A stretch of DNA of 64,000 nucleotides from an uncultured virus (IMG/VR IMGVR_UViG_3300029305_005063) (Duplodnaviria; Heunggongvirae; Uroviricota; Caudoviricetes), in IMG/VR virus record IMGVR_UViG_3300029305_005063. One strand, 5' to 3'. A program made the translations under genes and the position numbers. How positions within the stretch are numbered: the stretch's first letter is position 1; the number at the start of each line of letters is the position of its first letter. Below are positions 16,751 to 27,261 of the stretch, piece by piece. A model generated the notes under the pieces. The model was not told the DNA's origin. It worked only from the letters and a program-made list of their open reading frames with translations, and did not search any database.

Positions 16751-17228
16751 GGTTCTCCTTTTTGTTCTTGGTTTCTATGAAGTTTTTGAAGTTGGAAAGT
16801 TCAGAACATCCAGACTGCAGTGCGTACGCTAGATGACGAACACCCACGTCGAGATCTGAAGAATACAGAGTGGCAACTCCACAGTCGTCACTGCAGATAT
16901 AGAACACTCCAGGGTCTACACCGATGAACAGTGAATATTCTCCTGGAGGCACACCGAGAACTGCTCTGTGCACACGAAGATCGTGGATGATGTAGCCGGT
17001 TCTGCACTTGTCATCACGAGTGTACTCGGACTTAGTTGTGAGGAACTGTTTGAGATCCTCGTCGAACCACTGGTATCCACCAAAGTCTAATGCAGCAGCA
17101 CGTTCTTCGTCTGGCTTGTCCACAACAGGTGTGAGTCTTTCACACAACTGTCGGAGCAACCCGTTCATTGTTTCGAGTTGTTTCTCGATGTTGATAAGAA
17201 CATGATGTTCTTCAGTTGTTAAACTCAT
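16740..17228 (-). CDS. hypothetical protein
   Basis: 162 aa, translationally coupled. Confidence 0.6.
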   Translation of the reverse strand: MSLTTEEHHVLINIEKQLETMNGLLRQLCERLTPVVDKPDEERAAALDFGGYQWFDEDLKQFLTTKSEYTRDDKCRTGYIIHDLRVHRAVLGVPPGEYSLFIGVDPGVFYICSDDCGVATLYSSDLDVGVRHLAYALQSGCSELSNFKNFIETKNKKENHGA

Positions 17229-17665
17229 GATTTTCGTTCCTTTTGATTGAAGGTAGGATCATCTATCCCCCTCAAACAGACTTTGTACTCAAGCTTGATC
17301 TTGTGCCAGACACCAGCCTGGTACGGACCACGCTTACCGCCGACACTGACGAAGCCTATCTGATCGTCGAGAACAGGTGCTTTAACAGTGTAGCCTAGAA
17401 CTGAGACAGGCTGTACGTCGATGAGGTAGTTGGAAATCTCCTTCATCCACATGACTGCGATCTCAGTGTTGAATACGACATAGCCGTCCATCTGCATCTT
17501 GGGGAACACACGGAGCTTGAGCTCCGCTTTCTCCTCCAGAGTGCTAGTGGGACAGTTACCCTTAACAGTGATGATGTATTCACTGATGGGATAGTCACAC
17601 AGCAAGTTGTGGAAGAAGTTCCTCAGTGGATGGACCAGCTTAATCTTGTTCGGCGTCCGATTCAT
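17225..17665 (-). CDS. hypothetical protein
   Basis: Start moved to MNRTPNK behind GAGGAGG. Confidence 0.55.
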   Translation of the reverse strand: MNRTPNKIKLVHPLRNFFHNLLCDYPISEYIITVKGNCPTSTLEEKAELKLRVFPKMQMDGYVVFNTEIAVMWMKEISNYLIDVQPVSVLGYTVKAPVLDDQIGFVSVGGKRGPYQAGVWHKIKLEYKVCLRGIDDPTFNQKERKS

Positions 17666-18728
17666 CGAAGTCCTCCTCGTGCTCTTCTGTTCCTCTTGCG
17701 AAGCGATAGTAGAAGCTTCCCCTATCGACACAGCTGTCGCCATCTCCAAGAGTTTTCACTTCAGATGGGTTATTCCTGGAGAATACGAAGTTCATCGCAT
17801 TGGCTATCGCGTTGGCTTTGAAGATCTCATGACGAGCATCAGAGATCGGATCCATCTTGAGAACTTCGGCAAACTTGTGCGCTCCTACTGCGATAAGATG
17901 CATGGCGTATTCAATACGCTGCGCTCTTGCGATCGTGTGTTTACAACGAGCAAGACCGACGTCGCCTTCGTCTCCAGCGAAACGCTCTTTACCTAAATAG
18001 GTGAGCACATTATCGATTTCGTCTTGCATTCCCAAGAACGAGGTGTTCCTCGTTATCTTGCTCATGTAGAGACTCTCTCTGACTGTTTCGATGTCGTAGA
18101 GATTCTTGTCTAAGATACCACAGAATCTACCGCCTCCCAAAGTAGTGTAGGTGCAGTAGAATTTGTATCCTAGATCGAACGCCAGTATTTCGGTGCCTTC
18201 GCGACCCGGCGTCTTGTCGTAAGCTATCGTCACCTCAGCGTCCATGTGGTAAACGACAGGATCAATGGGAGTTGTCACACAACTTGGAAGAGGGACAGTG
18301 TCGGTATTATCACCGAACATCTTGAACCTGAGGATCTTGATGTCACCTTTAGCCAATTTCTTTTCGTCGAAGTCAGGCTTGAACGGGCTGACAATAGGCA
18401 TCCTGCGGATGTTCTGATTGTGCCAGCGAAGACCCCAGTCCTTATGGACACGAGGATAGATCATGTATTTACCATTCTGGTAAGCAGCAATCCTCTCCAG
18501 GTCGTCAATAAGTTCAGCTGCTCTTCCAGCTTGCATGTACTGGGATTCACTCTTGATGGCTGACTTGACAACGAGATCAGTCAACTCTTCGTCTATGTAT
18601 TTCTGAGAAGGAAGGCGCATCTTCAGCACTTCCATTTCAAGTTCTCGCGTATGCCGAGTATCCTCTGGATTCTTGAGTTCCTCGAATGTCTCGATACGCA
18701 GCGGTCGATGCTTGGTTATCGTTTTCAT
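17640..18728 (-). CDS. hypothetical early protein
   Basis: Start MKTITK behind AGGA; ATATATCAC motif upstream (18793-18801). Confidence 0.65.
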   Translation of the reverse strand: MKTITKHRPLRIETFEELKNPEDTRHTRELEMEVLKMRLPSQKYIDEELTDLVVKSAIKSESQYMQAGRAAELIDDLERIAAYQNGKYMIYPRVHKDWGLRWHNQNIRRMPIVSPFKPDFDEKKLAKGDIKILRFKMFGDNTDTVPLPSCVTTPIDPVVYHMDAEVTIAYDKTPGREGTEILAFDLGYKFYCTYTTLGGGRFCGILDKNLYDIETVRESLYMSKITRNTSFLGMQDEIDNVLTYLGKERFAGDEGDVGLARCKHTIARAQRIEYAMHLIAVGAHKFAEVLKMDPISDARHEIFKANAIANAMNFVFSRNNPSEVKTLGDGDSCVDRGSFYYRFARGTEEHEEDFDESDAEQD

Positions 18729-18872
18729 TTTTTGTTCCTGTTTGTTGTTCGTTGATGCACGGCTTAGACAACATTGTCGTTCGTGCATAAGAGTGATATA
18801 TGCACTAAGCAATTACGAGAAAAAAGAACAGAACGCTCTGCCTGGTACGAGACCAGGCAGAGCTGTTCCAAT

Positions 18873-19226
18873 TCAAAACACAATCGGCACTGTCAGCAAT
18901 GGACCTGTTGGAGTTCCATCTGAGTTGAACTTCGGTTGATGAGTTGTAGCTGGAGGAGTAGTTCCGTTGAGAACAACCCACTGCCAATCTAACCACTCAT
19001 ACTGAACCTCTATGAGAGCCGTGGTCTTGTGGTCTGTTACACCAGCAGCTATCTCAAGTTCTTCCTTCCGATAGTCGGCAGGACTGAATGGTTTGTTATT
19101 GTGCCACCTGCGTATCCAGTCAGCAGAAGCTCTTTCCCACTTCGTTTCACAGAACGATCCTGCACGGCGGATGCCGCACACGACCATCAGGCACATGAAC
19201 ACACCTAGGAATATCCATAGCATCAT
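18873..19226 (-). CDS. membrane-anchored hypothetical protein
   Basis: N-terminal hydrophobic helix; AAGGAG SD. Confidence 0.6.
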   Translation of the reverse strand: MMLWIFLGVFMCLMVVCGIRRAGSFCETKWERASADWIRRWHNNKPFSPADYRKEELEIAAGVTDHKTTALIEVQYEWLDWQWVVLNGTTPPATTHQPKFNSDGTPTGPLLTVPIVF

Positions 19227-19253
19227 CGCTATTCTCCTTGTTGAGGGTTGACC

Positions 19254-19943
19254 TTACAGTTTAGATATCTTCTTGTTAGTGTAGAACAGGAAGTAGTCTA
19301 TATGACTGTAAAGTTTTGTAGCAATTTTGCTGTAGGTGTAAAACAGTGAAAATTGTCCTATGATTCCCGACTGGTTTTGCTCTTTAGAGGCCTTCCAGAA
19401 GGTATCCCAATTGGACTTCCTTAGGGTGGCTAAATTGCCAGCTGCTTGAGCTCTGAACTCCTTAGCGAGAGTTAGAACACGAGCGGTTGAAAATCCAAGC
19501 TCTCCGAAGGTCTTGTCCTCAAGTGCATAGCCTTTCTTAGCTGCTTCAGATCGAGCATCACAGAACGCGGAGAACACAGGCATGTGTCTGTCAAGGTTGG
19601 CTCTTATCCCATCCAGTTTATCCCTGAGCTTCTTGTAGATAGCACGAGAGTCATCTGAATCGACTTGAGCTTTCTTCATGTCCTGGAAGTTGTCCACCAT
19701 GAACCTTGTGACGGTTGCCACGTAGGAAGAAGCTGCAAGCATGTGATCAGCTTTCAGACAGAGGAAGTCAATCTCAGTCTTGAGGAACTTGTTACGTCCC
19801 TCTTCCTTGAGGTTGATAACTCCTTTAATAAGACCGTCGATGATGTGAGCGGACTTACTGTCTGAAGTGAATGTGTGTTGTAGCTTAGTCCAGAATCCCT
19901 CCTGAGCCGGAGAGATCTCAGAAGAGAGTTGAAGCTTAACCAT
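19254..19943 (-). CDS. putative virion internal-head family protein
   Basis: Start MVKLQLSSEISPAQE|GFWTKL. Confidence 0.55.
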   Translation of the reverse strand: MVKLQLSSEISPAQEGFWTKLQHTFTSDSKSAHIIDGLIKGVINLKEEGRNKFLKTEIDFLCLKADHMLAASSYVATVTRFMVDNFQDMKKAQVDSDDSRAIYKKLRDKLDGIRANLDRHMPVFSAFCDARSEAAKKGYALEDKTFGELGFSTARVLTLAKEFRAQAAGNLATLRKSNWDTFWKASKEQNQSGIIGQFSLFYTYSKIATKLYSHIDYFLFYTNKKISKL

Positions 19944-19983
19944 TTTCAAAACCTCAGCTTTATTAAAATCCTCTTTCCATCGC

Positions 19984-20460
19984 TCATTTCTCCTTGTCTT
20001 TCTCCGTCTCCTCGAACTTTGAGGCTTCTTTGATTCTATCTTCGAATGGTTTGTAGCCATCCTCAGCCAGAGGTTTTCCTGTGTTGCGTTTGATCTGGAC
20101 CGCACTGTCATCGCAGAAGAACAACATAGCCCAGTCCTTCTCACTGGTAATAGGCAGTTTAACACCGATGTGTTTCTCACACCACTTCTGGATCACTTCC
20201 GCCTGATCAGCATAAGAGACTCCATCGTGCATAGCAAGAGACACCTTAGAAAGTCTAGCAGTGAATACCTTGACGGTTATTCCCTTAGCAAGCCACTCCT
20301 TGACTTTCTTGACCATCTCTGGAACAGGGTCGTTGATGTGGTTCCATCCCTTCCACTCTCCCCACTGGGCAAGAGTGCCATCAAGGTCAACGCCTATCCA
20401 CGGTGGTGGTTCAACATTTGGTTTAGCTTCCAAATGTTCCATTGAAAGTTTAACTCGCAT
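19984..20460 (-). CDS. HAD-family phosphatase (PNK-phosphatase-like)
   Basis: WIGVDLDGTLA motif I, FTAR motif II, K, DD motif IV. Confidence 0.8.
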   Translation of the reverse strand: MRVKLSMEHLEAKPNVEPPPWIGVDLDGTLAQWGEWKGWNHINDPVPEMVKKVKEWLAKGITVKVFTARLSKVSLAMHDGVSYADQAEVIQKWCEKHIGVKLPITSEKDWAMLFFCDDSAVQIKRNTGKPLAEDGYKPFEDRIKEASKFEETEKDKEK

Positions 20461-20820
20461 AAATCTCCTTGTATGTGAAGTCGTCTATGAAATGGTAGAG
20501 AAAACAAAAAGAAGAGACTCCCTTCCAGCTATGGGCTTGGGTAGTCAATCTTCTTTCAACCAAAATTCACAAGGACTCTTCAATGACAATTACGCGTCTA
20601 ACCTACACTCCAATTACTTATGGAGATATAGGTACATCTTGATTAACTTCTCAAGGACTTCTAGCGCTGTGTACACTAGATGAACAGTCCAAAGGAAGTT
20701 AACGCGATGTTGCAGACGAGTAATTGTCTGACGCATAACGTTATCCTTTCTGCTGACCTAATTCTCCGTTAGCATCCCTGGGCAGGTCAGCACTGCCCAG
20801 GGATGTGCTTGCTTTTTGCA

Positions 20821-21150
20821 TTAACGATTGCTCGCTATGAACACGTTATCGGTTTGGATGTACGTCGCAATAGCGCCGAACATATCACCGATCCTTTTCT
20901 GCAACTTCACGAGTGTCGCCAGCCTTTTCCACACGATACACCGTTTGGTGTGGAAGACCAGTTTGCCTTTGCGGACTCCGATGTAATACAGTTTGCGTAT
21001 GTTGTCTCCATCGTAGTCCTTGTTTTTCGGTAACCCGATGATTTTGTATTGATCGGGTCTCGAAAAGACTAGAAGGCATTCCGGTTCAACGTAAGGTCTG
21101 AAACCATGATTCAAGTGTTTCCTTATGAAACCTTCTTTTGGAATTGTCAT
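20821..21150 (-). CDS. hypothetical protein
   Basis: 109 aa, AAGGAGG SD. Confidence 0.6.
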   Translation of the reverse strand: MTIPKEGFIRKHLNHGFRPYVEPECLLVFSRPDQYKIIGLPKNKDYDGDNIRKLYYIGVRKGKLVFHTKRCIVWKRLATLVKLQKRIGDMFGAIATYIQTDNVFIASNR

Positions 21151-21162
21151 GGTGCCTCCTTA

Positions 21163-21426
21163 TTAGGCAGCCTCGTCGTATGCGTCGAAGACAAGCATCG
21201 CTGTGTCCATCCCAAGATCGTTGATAGCATCCTTGCGGAGATCAACGAAGTCTTCCTTGGGAACGACATAAGCAACCGTACCGAGGTACGTGCCGCCTTT
21301 CTTCTTCTCGTAGATGTCGACGGCGAACTGCCCACATCCACAATTGGTCTTGCGGACCTTGAAGTTCTTCTTGAGATTCTTGATGAATGCGTTAACAGTA
21401 ACGCTGATTGTTTTGCGTAGTATCAT
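21163..21426 (-). CDS. hypothetical early protein
   Basis: 87 aa, first gene behind TATTAC-N4-GTGAA motif. Confidence 0.6.
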   Translation of the reverse strand: MILRKTISVTVNAFIKNLKKNFKVRKTNCGCGQFAVDIYEKKKGGTYLGTVAYVVPKEDFVDLRKDAINDLGMDTAMLVFDAYDEAA

Positions 21427-21461
21427 TGTTGTTACCTTTCTTTGAGGTGGTTGTACGTTAG

Positions 21462-21480
21462 TTCACCCTAGTAATAAGTA
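21462..21480 (-). promoter_or_regulatory. early-type promoter motif TATTAC-N4-GTGAA
   Basis: CTTATTACTAGGGTGAAC; same motif at 24041, 30578, 45251; resembles phiKZ early consensus TATATTAC. Confidence 0.6.
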
Positions 21481-21573
21481 CACGAATTACCGATGAAAGT
21501 AACTAAATAATACGTGCATACATCTTAAGATTACTTCGCAGTATCTTTAACTTCAAATGGAAGGGGACCTCCC

Positions 21574-22275
21574 ATGATGAACAGGTATGAGCTCATCGAC
21601 AAATTCAAGATCGTAGATCCGTTCAAACCTGAGGTAACGCTAGCAGTTGTCTTGGATCCTTCTTTAGCCAAGGAATTCCTCAAGGCAATCAATACTCAGC
21701 ACAAAGAAGACAAAGATGATAAGTCTCTCAGGGAGAGCCTACGTGTTGCTAAGCTGTCCATTTCTAAGAAGGATGCGAAGATAGCAAGACTGGAAGCTCT
21801 TCTTGCAGAAGCTGGGATACAATCTGGGTCTACAACTAGACCTAAGAAGGATCCTAACGAACCTCGTAAGAAACCTTCGTACAAACCCAAGAAATGCGCG
21901 AAGTGTGATACGATGTTCATACCTAGATCAGGGAGATCGTATCTGTGCGATAGCTGCAACGAAGCTCACAAGCGAGAAGTAGCTAGCAGACCTCGTGGTG
22001 CTAAAACTCCTCCAGTTCTCAGAACAGAGATACGTGGAAGTGGCGGTGGAGGTGGTGTCAGAGTAGCCATCCCAACGGTTGACCAGGTCATGGCAATGAC
22101 TGACGTCAATGAACGTGCCAAGTGGCAGGCTCGTTGGTCGCCAGCTGAATGGGCTGAGTCCAAAAAGATCCAGAACAAGATGATGATGGAAAAGATGCGC
22201 AAGATGCGGAACAAAGGGTTCTCACTCGATGATCCGATCATGGGTATCAATGCCAATATCACTGGTTACAAATGA
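21574..22275 (+). CDS. coiled-coil + zinc-finger protein
   Basis: CAKC...CDSC; basic. Confidence 0.6.
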   Translation: MMNRYELIDKFKIVDPFKPEVTLAVVLDPSLAKEFLKAINTQHKEDKDDKSLRESLRVAKLSISKKDAKIARLEALLAEAGIQSGSTTRPKKDPNEPRKKPSYKPKKCAKCDTMFIPRSGRSYLCDSCNEAHKREVASRPRGAKTPPVLRTEIRGSGGGGGVRVAIPTVDQVMAMTDVNERAKWQARWSPAEWAESKKIQNKMMMEKMRKMRNKGFSLDDPIMGINANITGYK

Positions 22276-22331
22276 AAAAGAATGTGCGGCGTACGGTGCA
22301 GGATTGACCTGCACCGTACGTTCCGTATGTT

Positions 22332-23225
22332 TCAGAATGAATACCCTAAGCATATCCCGCCATAGTCGGGACGATGTTTCTGATGCTCGAACTCGCGTGT
22401 TCTCCATATTCCGTACCAGGAGAGGTAGAGCTTGTCGTATTGAACAACTATGCCGCCTCTTAACTCTGTTACGAATGGTTCTATGTCAACGTCGAGTCCG
22501 TCATCTTTGTGACCGAACATACTCCCTTCGAGGATGTGGTTGTACAAGTAGTACCGTTCTCCACAGCCTGCGAACACATAGCAGGAGAGTTTGTCCAGCC
22601 AGCTCCTGGAGTCAGGACTAGAGGCGCTGAACAGGATGTCGTTACCGACAGAGTGTCTCATGTTGTAACCTAGCTTGAGGTCACAGCCTATCTCTGCCAT
22701 ATCCTGTATAGTGCCAACAGCAACACCAGCTCTAGGGACTATAGCCAGCCAGTCTGTCACGTAGTAGTTATATTTAGTCCACCACTGACCATTAACGACG
22801 AACTCGTCGTGTAATTGGTTGTCCCATCCCTTAGGATCCTTACAGTCCAGGATCTTGTGGATGAACTTCTGTGTATGCTCGCATCCTGCACTAGGACCTA
22901 TAGCACCGAAGTTGATCTCTCCGTAGTGAGTCCACGGTGATAGCGGATCGTTGACGAACTCGTATCCGATACCTCCGATGAGCATACCACAGTAAGGTCG
23001 ATCACCTTTGATGTGTTCTTTGACACGGAGATCGCTAGGCGTGTACATGTTCTGGTTAACAGAATAGTGCCAGCGATCATCGACTATTTTAAGCCCTGTG
23101 CCATGACTGTAGTCATTATCTTGCTGCACAAGGAAGCAGTCGTTCTCCATGGTTAAGTACGCGTCCACCCCGTACACACATACACTTGCCAAGCAACAGG
23201 CAACAAATGTAATGATGTGTTTCAT
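22332..23225 (-). CDS. lpxR: lipid A deacylase LpxR family outer-membrane beta-barrel
   Basis: Signal peptide; END...DYSHG, QNMYTP, DRPYCG, GAIGPSAG..TQKFIH, PKGWDNQL motifs; terminal Phe. Confidence 0.85.
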   Translation of the reverse strand: MKHIITFVACCLASVCVYGVDAYLTMENDCFLVQQDNDYSHGTGLKIVDDRWHYSVNQNMYTPSDLRVKEHIKGDRPYCGMLIGGIGYEFVNDPLSPWTHYGEINFGAIGPSAGCEHTQKFIHKILDCKDPKGWDNQLHDEFVVNGQWWTKYNYYVTDWLAIVPRAGVAVGTIQDMAEIGCDLKLGYNMRHSVGNDILFSASSPDSRSWLDKLSCYVFAGCGERYYLYNHILEGSMFGHKDDGLDVDIEPFVTELRGGIVVQYDKLYLSWYGIWRTREFEHQKHRPDYGGICLGYSF

Positions 23226-23329
23226 TGTTTATTTACCTCCATAGGATCGGATGATGAAAAAAGAAACCACCCTGGAAGGGTGGCTCCAATTCCCGCGGTT
23301 GCTTATCCGCGGCATTGCAGTGTAATGGG

Positions 23330-23782
23330 CTAAGGCAGATAAACGGTAGGTGCAGATTCTTTTATCTCGTTCCATCCATCCAGCTTGTTACACCAGTTGG
23401 TGAGATTAAGCAAATCGCCAGGATTCACCATAGCCGACCTGTCGGTGAATTTGTACACTCCGTAAAACGTTCTAAACCCTGGAGTGGGTTCCTGTTTTAC
23501 AAGGATTGTAAAATCGCCTACCCGGACTTCGTACATTTCATGCACGTTTACAGCAGCACGCCCTGCTCTGCACACTGGTATGTCAAGAATGAGCTTACCG
23601 ACCAGGAGTGCGGTAACTAAATCTTGAAATACATGTGCATGGTTGATTGTGTCCCATGTGCGATCTTTACGCAGGAACATGCCGTTGGATTCGAGCATCC
23701 ATATCTTTCGTATGGGGCATTCTGGCGATCCAACTTTGACGGATCTGTCTAAGTTCATATTGTTGCCTCCTTTCACAGACAA
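23330..23782 (-). CDS. hypothetical protein
   Basis: ORF track; start may be the MNLD ATG behind AGGAGG. Confidence 0.55.
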   Translation of the reverse strand: MSVKGGNNMNLDRSVKVGSPECPIRKIWMLESNGMFLRKDRTWDTINHAHVFQDLVTALLVGKLILDIPVCRAGRAAVNVHEMYEVRVGDFTILVKQEPTPGFRTFYGVYKFTDRSAMVNPGDLLNLTNWCNKLDGWNEIKESAPTVYLP

Positions 23783-23949
23783 GCTGCAGTTAGACTCTCG
23801 TTCTCCCTCTGTTTCTTACCTGCTTCCACCGCTTCCCCGAAAGCCTCGATGACTTTGCAGGGATCGGCGTGTGACAGACACCTGAGACAAAGAAAGATTC
23901 CGATGAAACAGAATACGAGTACAGAAAACACGATAATTGCAGGTATCAT
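23773..23949 (-). CDS. small membrane protein (58 aa)
   Basis: MIPAIIVFSVLVFCFIGIFLCL...; AAGGAG SD; not in track. Confidence 0.55.
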   Translation of the reverse strand: MIPAIIVFSVLVFCFIGIFLCLRCLSHADPCKVIEAFGEAVEAGKKQRENESLTAACL

Positions 23950-24040
23950 AGTAGTCTCCTTTCTCCGAGTATCCTCGGTATGCGTTATGCCCAGACCACA
24001 ATGTGCGATCTACCAAGCATAGCTAGATTTACTCTGAACC

Positions 24041-24058
24041 TTCACTCTAGTAATAAAT
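24041..24058 (-). promoter_or_regulatory. early-type promoter motif
   Basis: ATTTATTACTAGAGTGAA. Confidence 0.6.
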
Positions 24059-24078
24059 ATACGACAATCTAGGAACAA

Positions 24079-24087
24079 CATTTTATG
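24079..24087 (+). promoter_or_regulatory. late-type promoter motif CATTTTATG
   Basis: ATyyTATG recurs upstream of many structural genes; matches phiKZ late TATG consensus. Confidence 0.55.
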
Positions 24088-24178
24088 AATTGTGTTAACC
24101 TAGCAGGTTTTCCTAGCTTCTCCTGGCTGCGCCTGGCGCAGCCAGGAGACATCTGCAACATTTACAAGAGGTAACGAA

Positions 24179-25402
24179 ATGAAAGTTAAACTTGGAATCT
24201 CTACCACTCCAGTTCAAGCTTCCATTCCAGTTGACATGGTAGCATTGTCTGCAAAGATCGCCGATCTCAAAGACAAGATCTGCGCTGTCACCGGGGAGAT
24301 AAATGAACTGAATCAGGTTGTGGACAATCTGCAGCTTGTGCGTCATGCCGTTGCAGAAAGCGATAAACCAATAGACGCACTGACGACTCTCGATACGGTA
24401 GCATCTGTCGAGTCTCTTCTCGGTGTAGCTGCGGATAAAATAACCAAGTCTGCGGCTATGGAAGGACTTGGATCTGCGATAGTGGACACGTTCAAGAAAT
24501 TGCTAGAGGCAATCAAGAAGTTCTTCCAGTGGGCTCTGTCTATCTTTTCCAAGAATAAGACGACTGTGGAGAATTCTGTAGAGGATGCCAAGAAAACGGC
24601 GGAGACTACAGAAGCGGCTGTGAATAATGCCGAAGAGAAGTTCGAGCAAGTCAAACAGGATTCGGCTAAAGTTCAGGAGATGAAATCCAATCCTCCTGAG
24701 AAACCGACTGTTCCAGACCCTCCTCCTGCCAGATTCACGACACCTCCGAAACCTGAAACGCTTCTAATTACGTATGATCCGAATCCTGAGAACAAAGTGT
24801 TCCAGGCTGGTGATCTGACGCAGTGGGAAGCTGTGATAAAGAAGGTGGACACTCTGTTTGGAAAGACGCGAGACCTCATCCACAAGACGTGGGACAAGGC
24901 ATCGACCACTCGTGAAGAAGCAAACGCTAAAGATGCTGCATTTGCAAAAGAATGCGATCAGTTTGTTAAATCGTCGTTCGGCGATGCGCTCAAGGTTGGT
25001 ACCGGAGACAATGGAGTTCTGATCGGAATCGTTGCAATTAATGACTCCGATAAACTCTATCCGAAATCTTCGCATGGTACTATAAAGACACTTCACTGGG
25101 ATCGCGAAGAGCTGCGTAAGGTCAGCATATCGTTTGATAATCTTCGCAAGAGTATCATTCAGTTCACGAATGGTACTGAGAATGCTCTCGAAATCAGGCA
25201 AAGTGATCTTAAAGCGTACAACAAAGATGTAGCTAAGGGATTCGCTGAGGAAGATCAGAAGAAGCTCGAAGCTCTTCGCGCTATGAAGTCCGACGCGAAT
25301 ACTGTGTACCGTATTACAACATCAATTGAGGCGATAGCTGAACGTCTTGCCAAAGCGTTCAACTATGACTGCAAGGTTGTGAAAGCTGCCATGTCTTGGT
25401 AA
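24179..25402 (+). CDS. phiKZ-like internal head protein
   Basis: MKVKL start; SVE|S and AME|G followed by IVDTFKKLLEAIKKFFQWALSIF helix. Confidence 0.7.
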   Translation: MKVKLGISTTPVQASIPVDMVALSAKIADLKDKICAVTGEINELNQVVDNLQLVRHAVAESDKPIDALTTLDTVASVESLLGVAADKITKSAAMEGLGSAIVDTFKKLLEAIKKFFQWALSIFSKNKTTVENSVEDAKKTAETTEAAVNNAEEKFEQVKQDSAKVQEMKSNPPEKPTVPDPPPARFTTPPKPETLLITYDPNPENKVFQAGDLTQWEAVIKKVDTLFGKTRDLIHKTWDKASTTREEANAKDAAFAKECDQFVKSSFGDALKVGTGDNGVLIGIVAINDSDKLYPKSSHGTIKTLHWDREELRKVSISFDNLRKSIIQFTNGTENALEIRQSDLKAYNKDVAKGFAEEDQKKLEALRAMKSDANTVYRITTSIEAIAERLAKAFNYDCKVVKAAMSW

Positions 25403-25474
25403 ACTTGTAGGGTAACACACAAAAAAGAACGCTGCCTAGGTGGAGGTCATCCCTCCACCTAGGTATGCGCGCCT

Positions 25475-25768
25475 TTACTGTATCTCGATCTTGACAGTTC
25501 GTCCAGTAAGCTGTCTACCATCCAGCCACACTCTGCAGTGTGCACCAGAATCATCTTTAGAGATCCTGAGCTCTAACCCTTGTATAGGTTGGAGGTCTGA
25601 GTAGTTGACAACTTTAAGGATTCCCTTAGTAAGATCGGATCTCTCCATGTCGACAGACACACCGTTGGACACGCAGTGAGCATCGATCTTTTGCCACAGC
25701 CTGTTAACGCTGTTTGTGTCGATGGTGAGTTCTTTTGCGAACCCAGCTAACCATTCGCCTAGTGTCAT
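25475..25768 (-). CDS. hypothetical protein
   Basis: 97 aa ORF before a terminator. Confidence 0.5.
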   Translation of the reverse strand: MTLGEWLAGFAKELTIDTNSVNRLWQKIDAHCVSNGVSVDMERSDLTKGILKVVNYSDLQPIQGLELRISKDDSGAHCRVWLDGRQLTGRTVKIEIQ

Positions 25769-25796
25769 GACAGGAGCCCCGTATTTTGTGCACCTT

Positions 25797-26729
25797 TCAT
25801 TGTTTTAACCGTTTAGCTTTCTCTCTCATTTTTACTTTATCGATACCGGATATGATTGGCATACCGGTCGGAACAACCTCATGGTTAACGAGAGTCATGT
25901 CCGAGTTGAGAGCCGCGTCCACACAGTCCGCAAGAAGTAGTCCAGTGGATTCGGCAATGCGCCTGATGTCGTCACGGTTGACCCACATGAGTCCACCGCA
26001 CTTCTCAGGTTCCCTGTTCTCCGCCACACCCCAGATTCCGTTAGCGTAGCGGTCTCGCTCGTCGACGTGAAAGACAAACGTTTCGACGTCAACAGGAGTC
26101 CCATCGAAGTCGTAGGTTTTCTTGAACTTAGTCTTGAGGATGATGTTGCTAGGTCCGTACATGTACACGAGATCAGGAAAGCCGAGTTCTTCCCGCATCT
26201 CACGACACAACCCTCCCAAAAGAGATTCATTCGGATGAACCTTCCCGATAGGGAGTGTAAGCATGTGATGCTTCAGGTTGATGCTCAACAGCCACTTCTT
26301 GTTGCAAGTCGCAAGAAGAGCGACTGTACGATGATCGACTTTGTCTTCGTCGCTGAACTTCGGATGCTCACTTGCAGGGTATCCTGTAAGTTGGATGACT
26401 CCGTCCCGCATAAGCTTTACGAGACTTTCAAGACCGTCATCTAGCTTGGAATTGCTTAGTGGAACACTTCGCATGCAGAAGCGTCCGCCGTGTCCGTCGG
26501 TCAGGTTTCCGCAGATACTAAGCATAACATGCGATGGACGACCTGAATAATAACCCACACCGACATACAGACTGCTAGGGTCGTATTTGTCGATGATTTG
26601 GAATTCTGTATCGAATCGATAGCCTTCGAATACCTTTATCCCGCATACTTTTACCGCGTCCTGATTCGGGTCGTCTGGTAGTTTACATCCAAGTTTTTGA
26701 AGGATGAACGCTTTAAGTTGTTCTTTCAT
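25797..26729 (-). CDS. NUDIX hydrolase domain protein
   Basis: LPIGKVHPNESLLGGLCREMREELG Nudix box; NREPEKC..W. Confidence 0.8.
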   Translation of the reverse strand: MKEQLKAFILQKLGCKLPDDPNQDAVKVCGIKVFEGYRFDTEFQIIDKYDPSSLYVGVGYYSGRPSHVMLSICGNLTDGHGGRFCMRSVPLSNSKLDDGLESLVKLMRDGVIQLTGYPASEHPKFSDEDKVDHRTVALLATCNKKWLLSINLKHHMLTLPIGKVHPNESLLGGLCREMREELGFPDLVYMYGPSNIILKTKFKKTYDFDGTPVDVETFVFHVDERDRYANGIWGVAENREPEKCGGLMWVNRDDIRRIAESTGLLLADCVDAALNSDMTLVNHEVVPTGMPIISGIDKVKMREKAKRLKQ

Positions 26730-27253
26730 TGCTTTCTCCTTTTAGCTTTAGGTGCTTCTTCTTGCTGTAGAAGAAGTTTGATTTCCTTGATGATGTGATA
26801 GAACTTGCCCGCTAGACGCGACTGCAGTTCCTTCGCAGCTTTACTCGCGATCGACGACTCTTCAGTTATCGATTCGAGCAGATACTGCGATAGATGCGTA
26901 CACTCGTGCACATCTAGCTCTTCTGCGAAATCGATCGGTGCAGGATGCACTCTGTAAACAAGAAGACCTGATCCGCATGTAACCTCAACGTTCGACACGA
27001 ACGTCGAGAACGGAATTTCTTCTATGTTTTCATCAGCTACCCGCAACGCGAATTTGAGTTTCACCGCCAGATGCTCCGGCAAGAACTCTTCCCCGAATTT
27101 AATCAGGTTAGAGGTGAAGTCTTTCATGGACTCGCCGAAGTACATCAGTACCGGGCAGTGACAAAGCGGTTCGTACGTTCCGAACCAGAATGGGACTTTG
27201 CCTTTGTACACTGGGAACATGTCACAGTGATTAGCTTCAACAAGAGTTATCAT
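26726..27253 (-). CDS. hypothetical protein with HExxH motif
   Basis: VHECTH followed by E.. Confidence 0.5.
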   Translation of the reverse strand: MITLVEANHCDMFPVYKGKVPFWFGTYEPLCHCPVLMYFGESMKDFTSNLIKFGEEFLPEHLAVKLKFALRVADENIEEIPFSTFVSNVEVTCGSGLLVYRVHPAPIDFAEELDVHECTHLSQYLLESITEESSIASKAAKELQSRLAGKFYHIIKEIKLLLQQEEAPKAKRRKQ

Positions 27254-27261
27254 TTCTCTCC

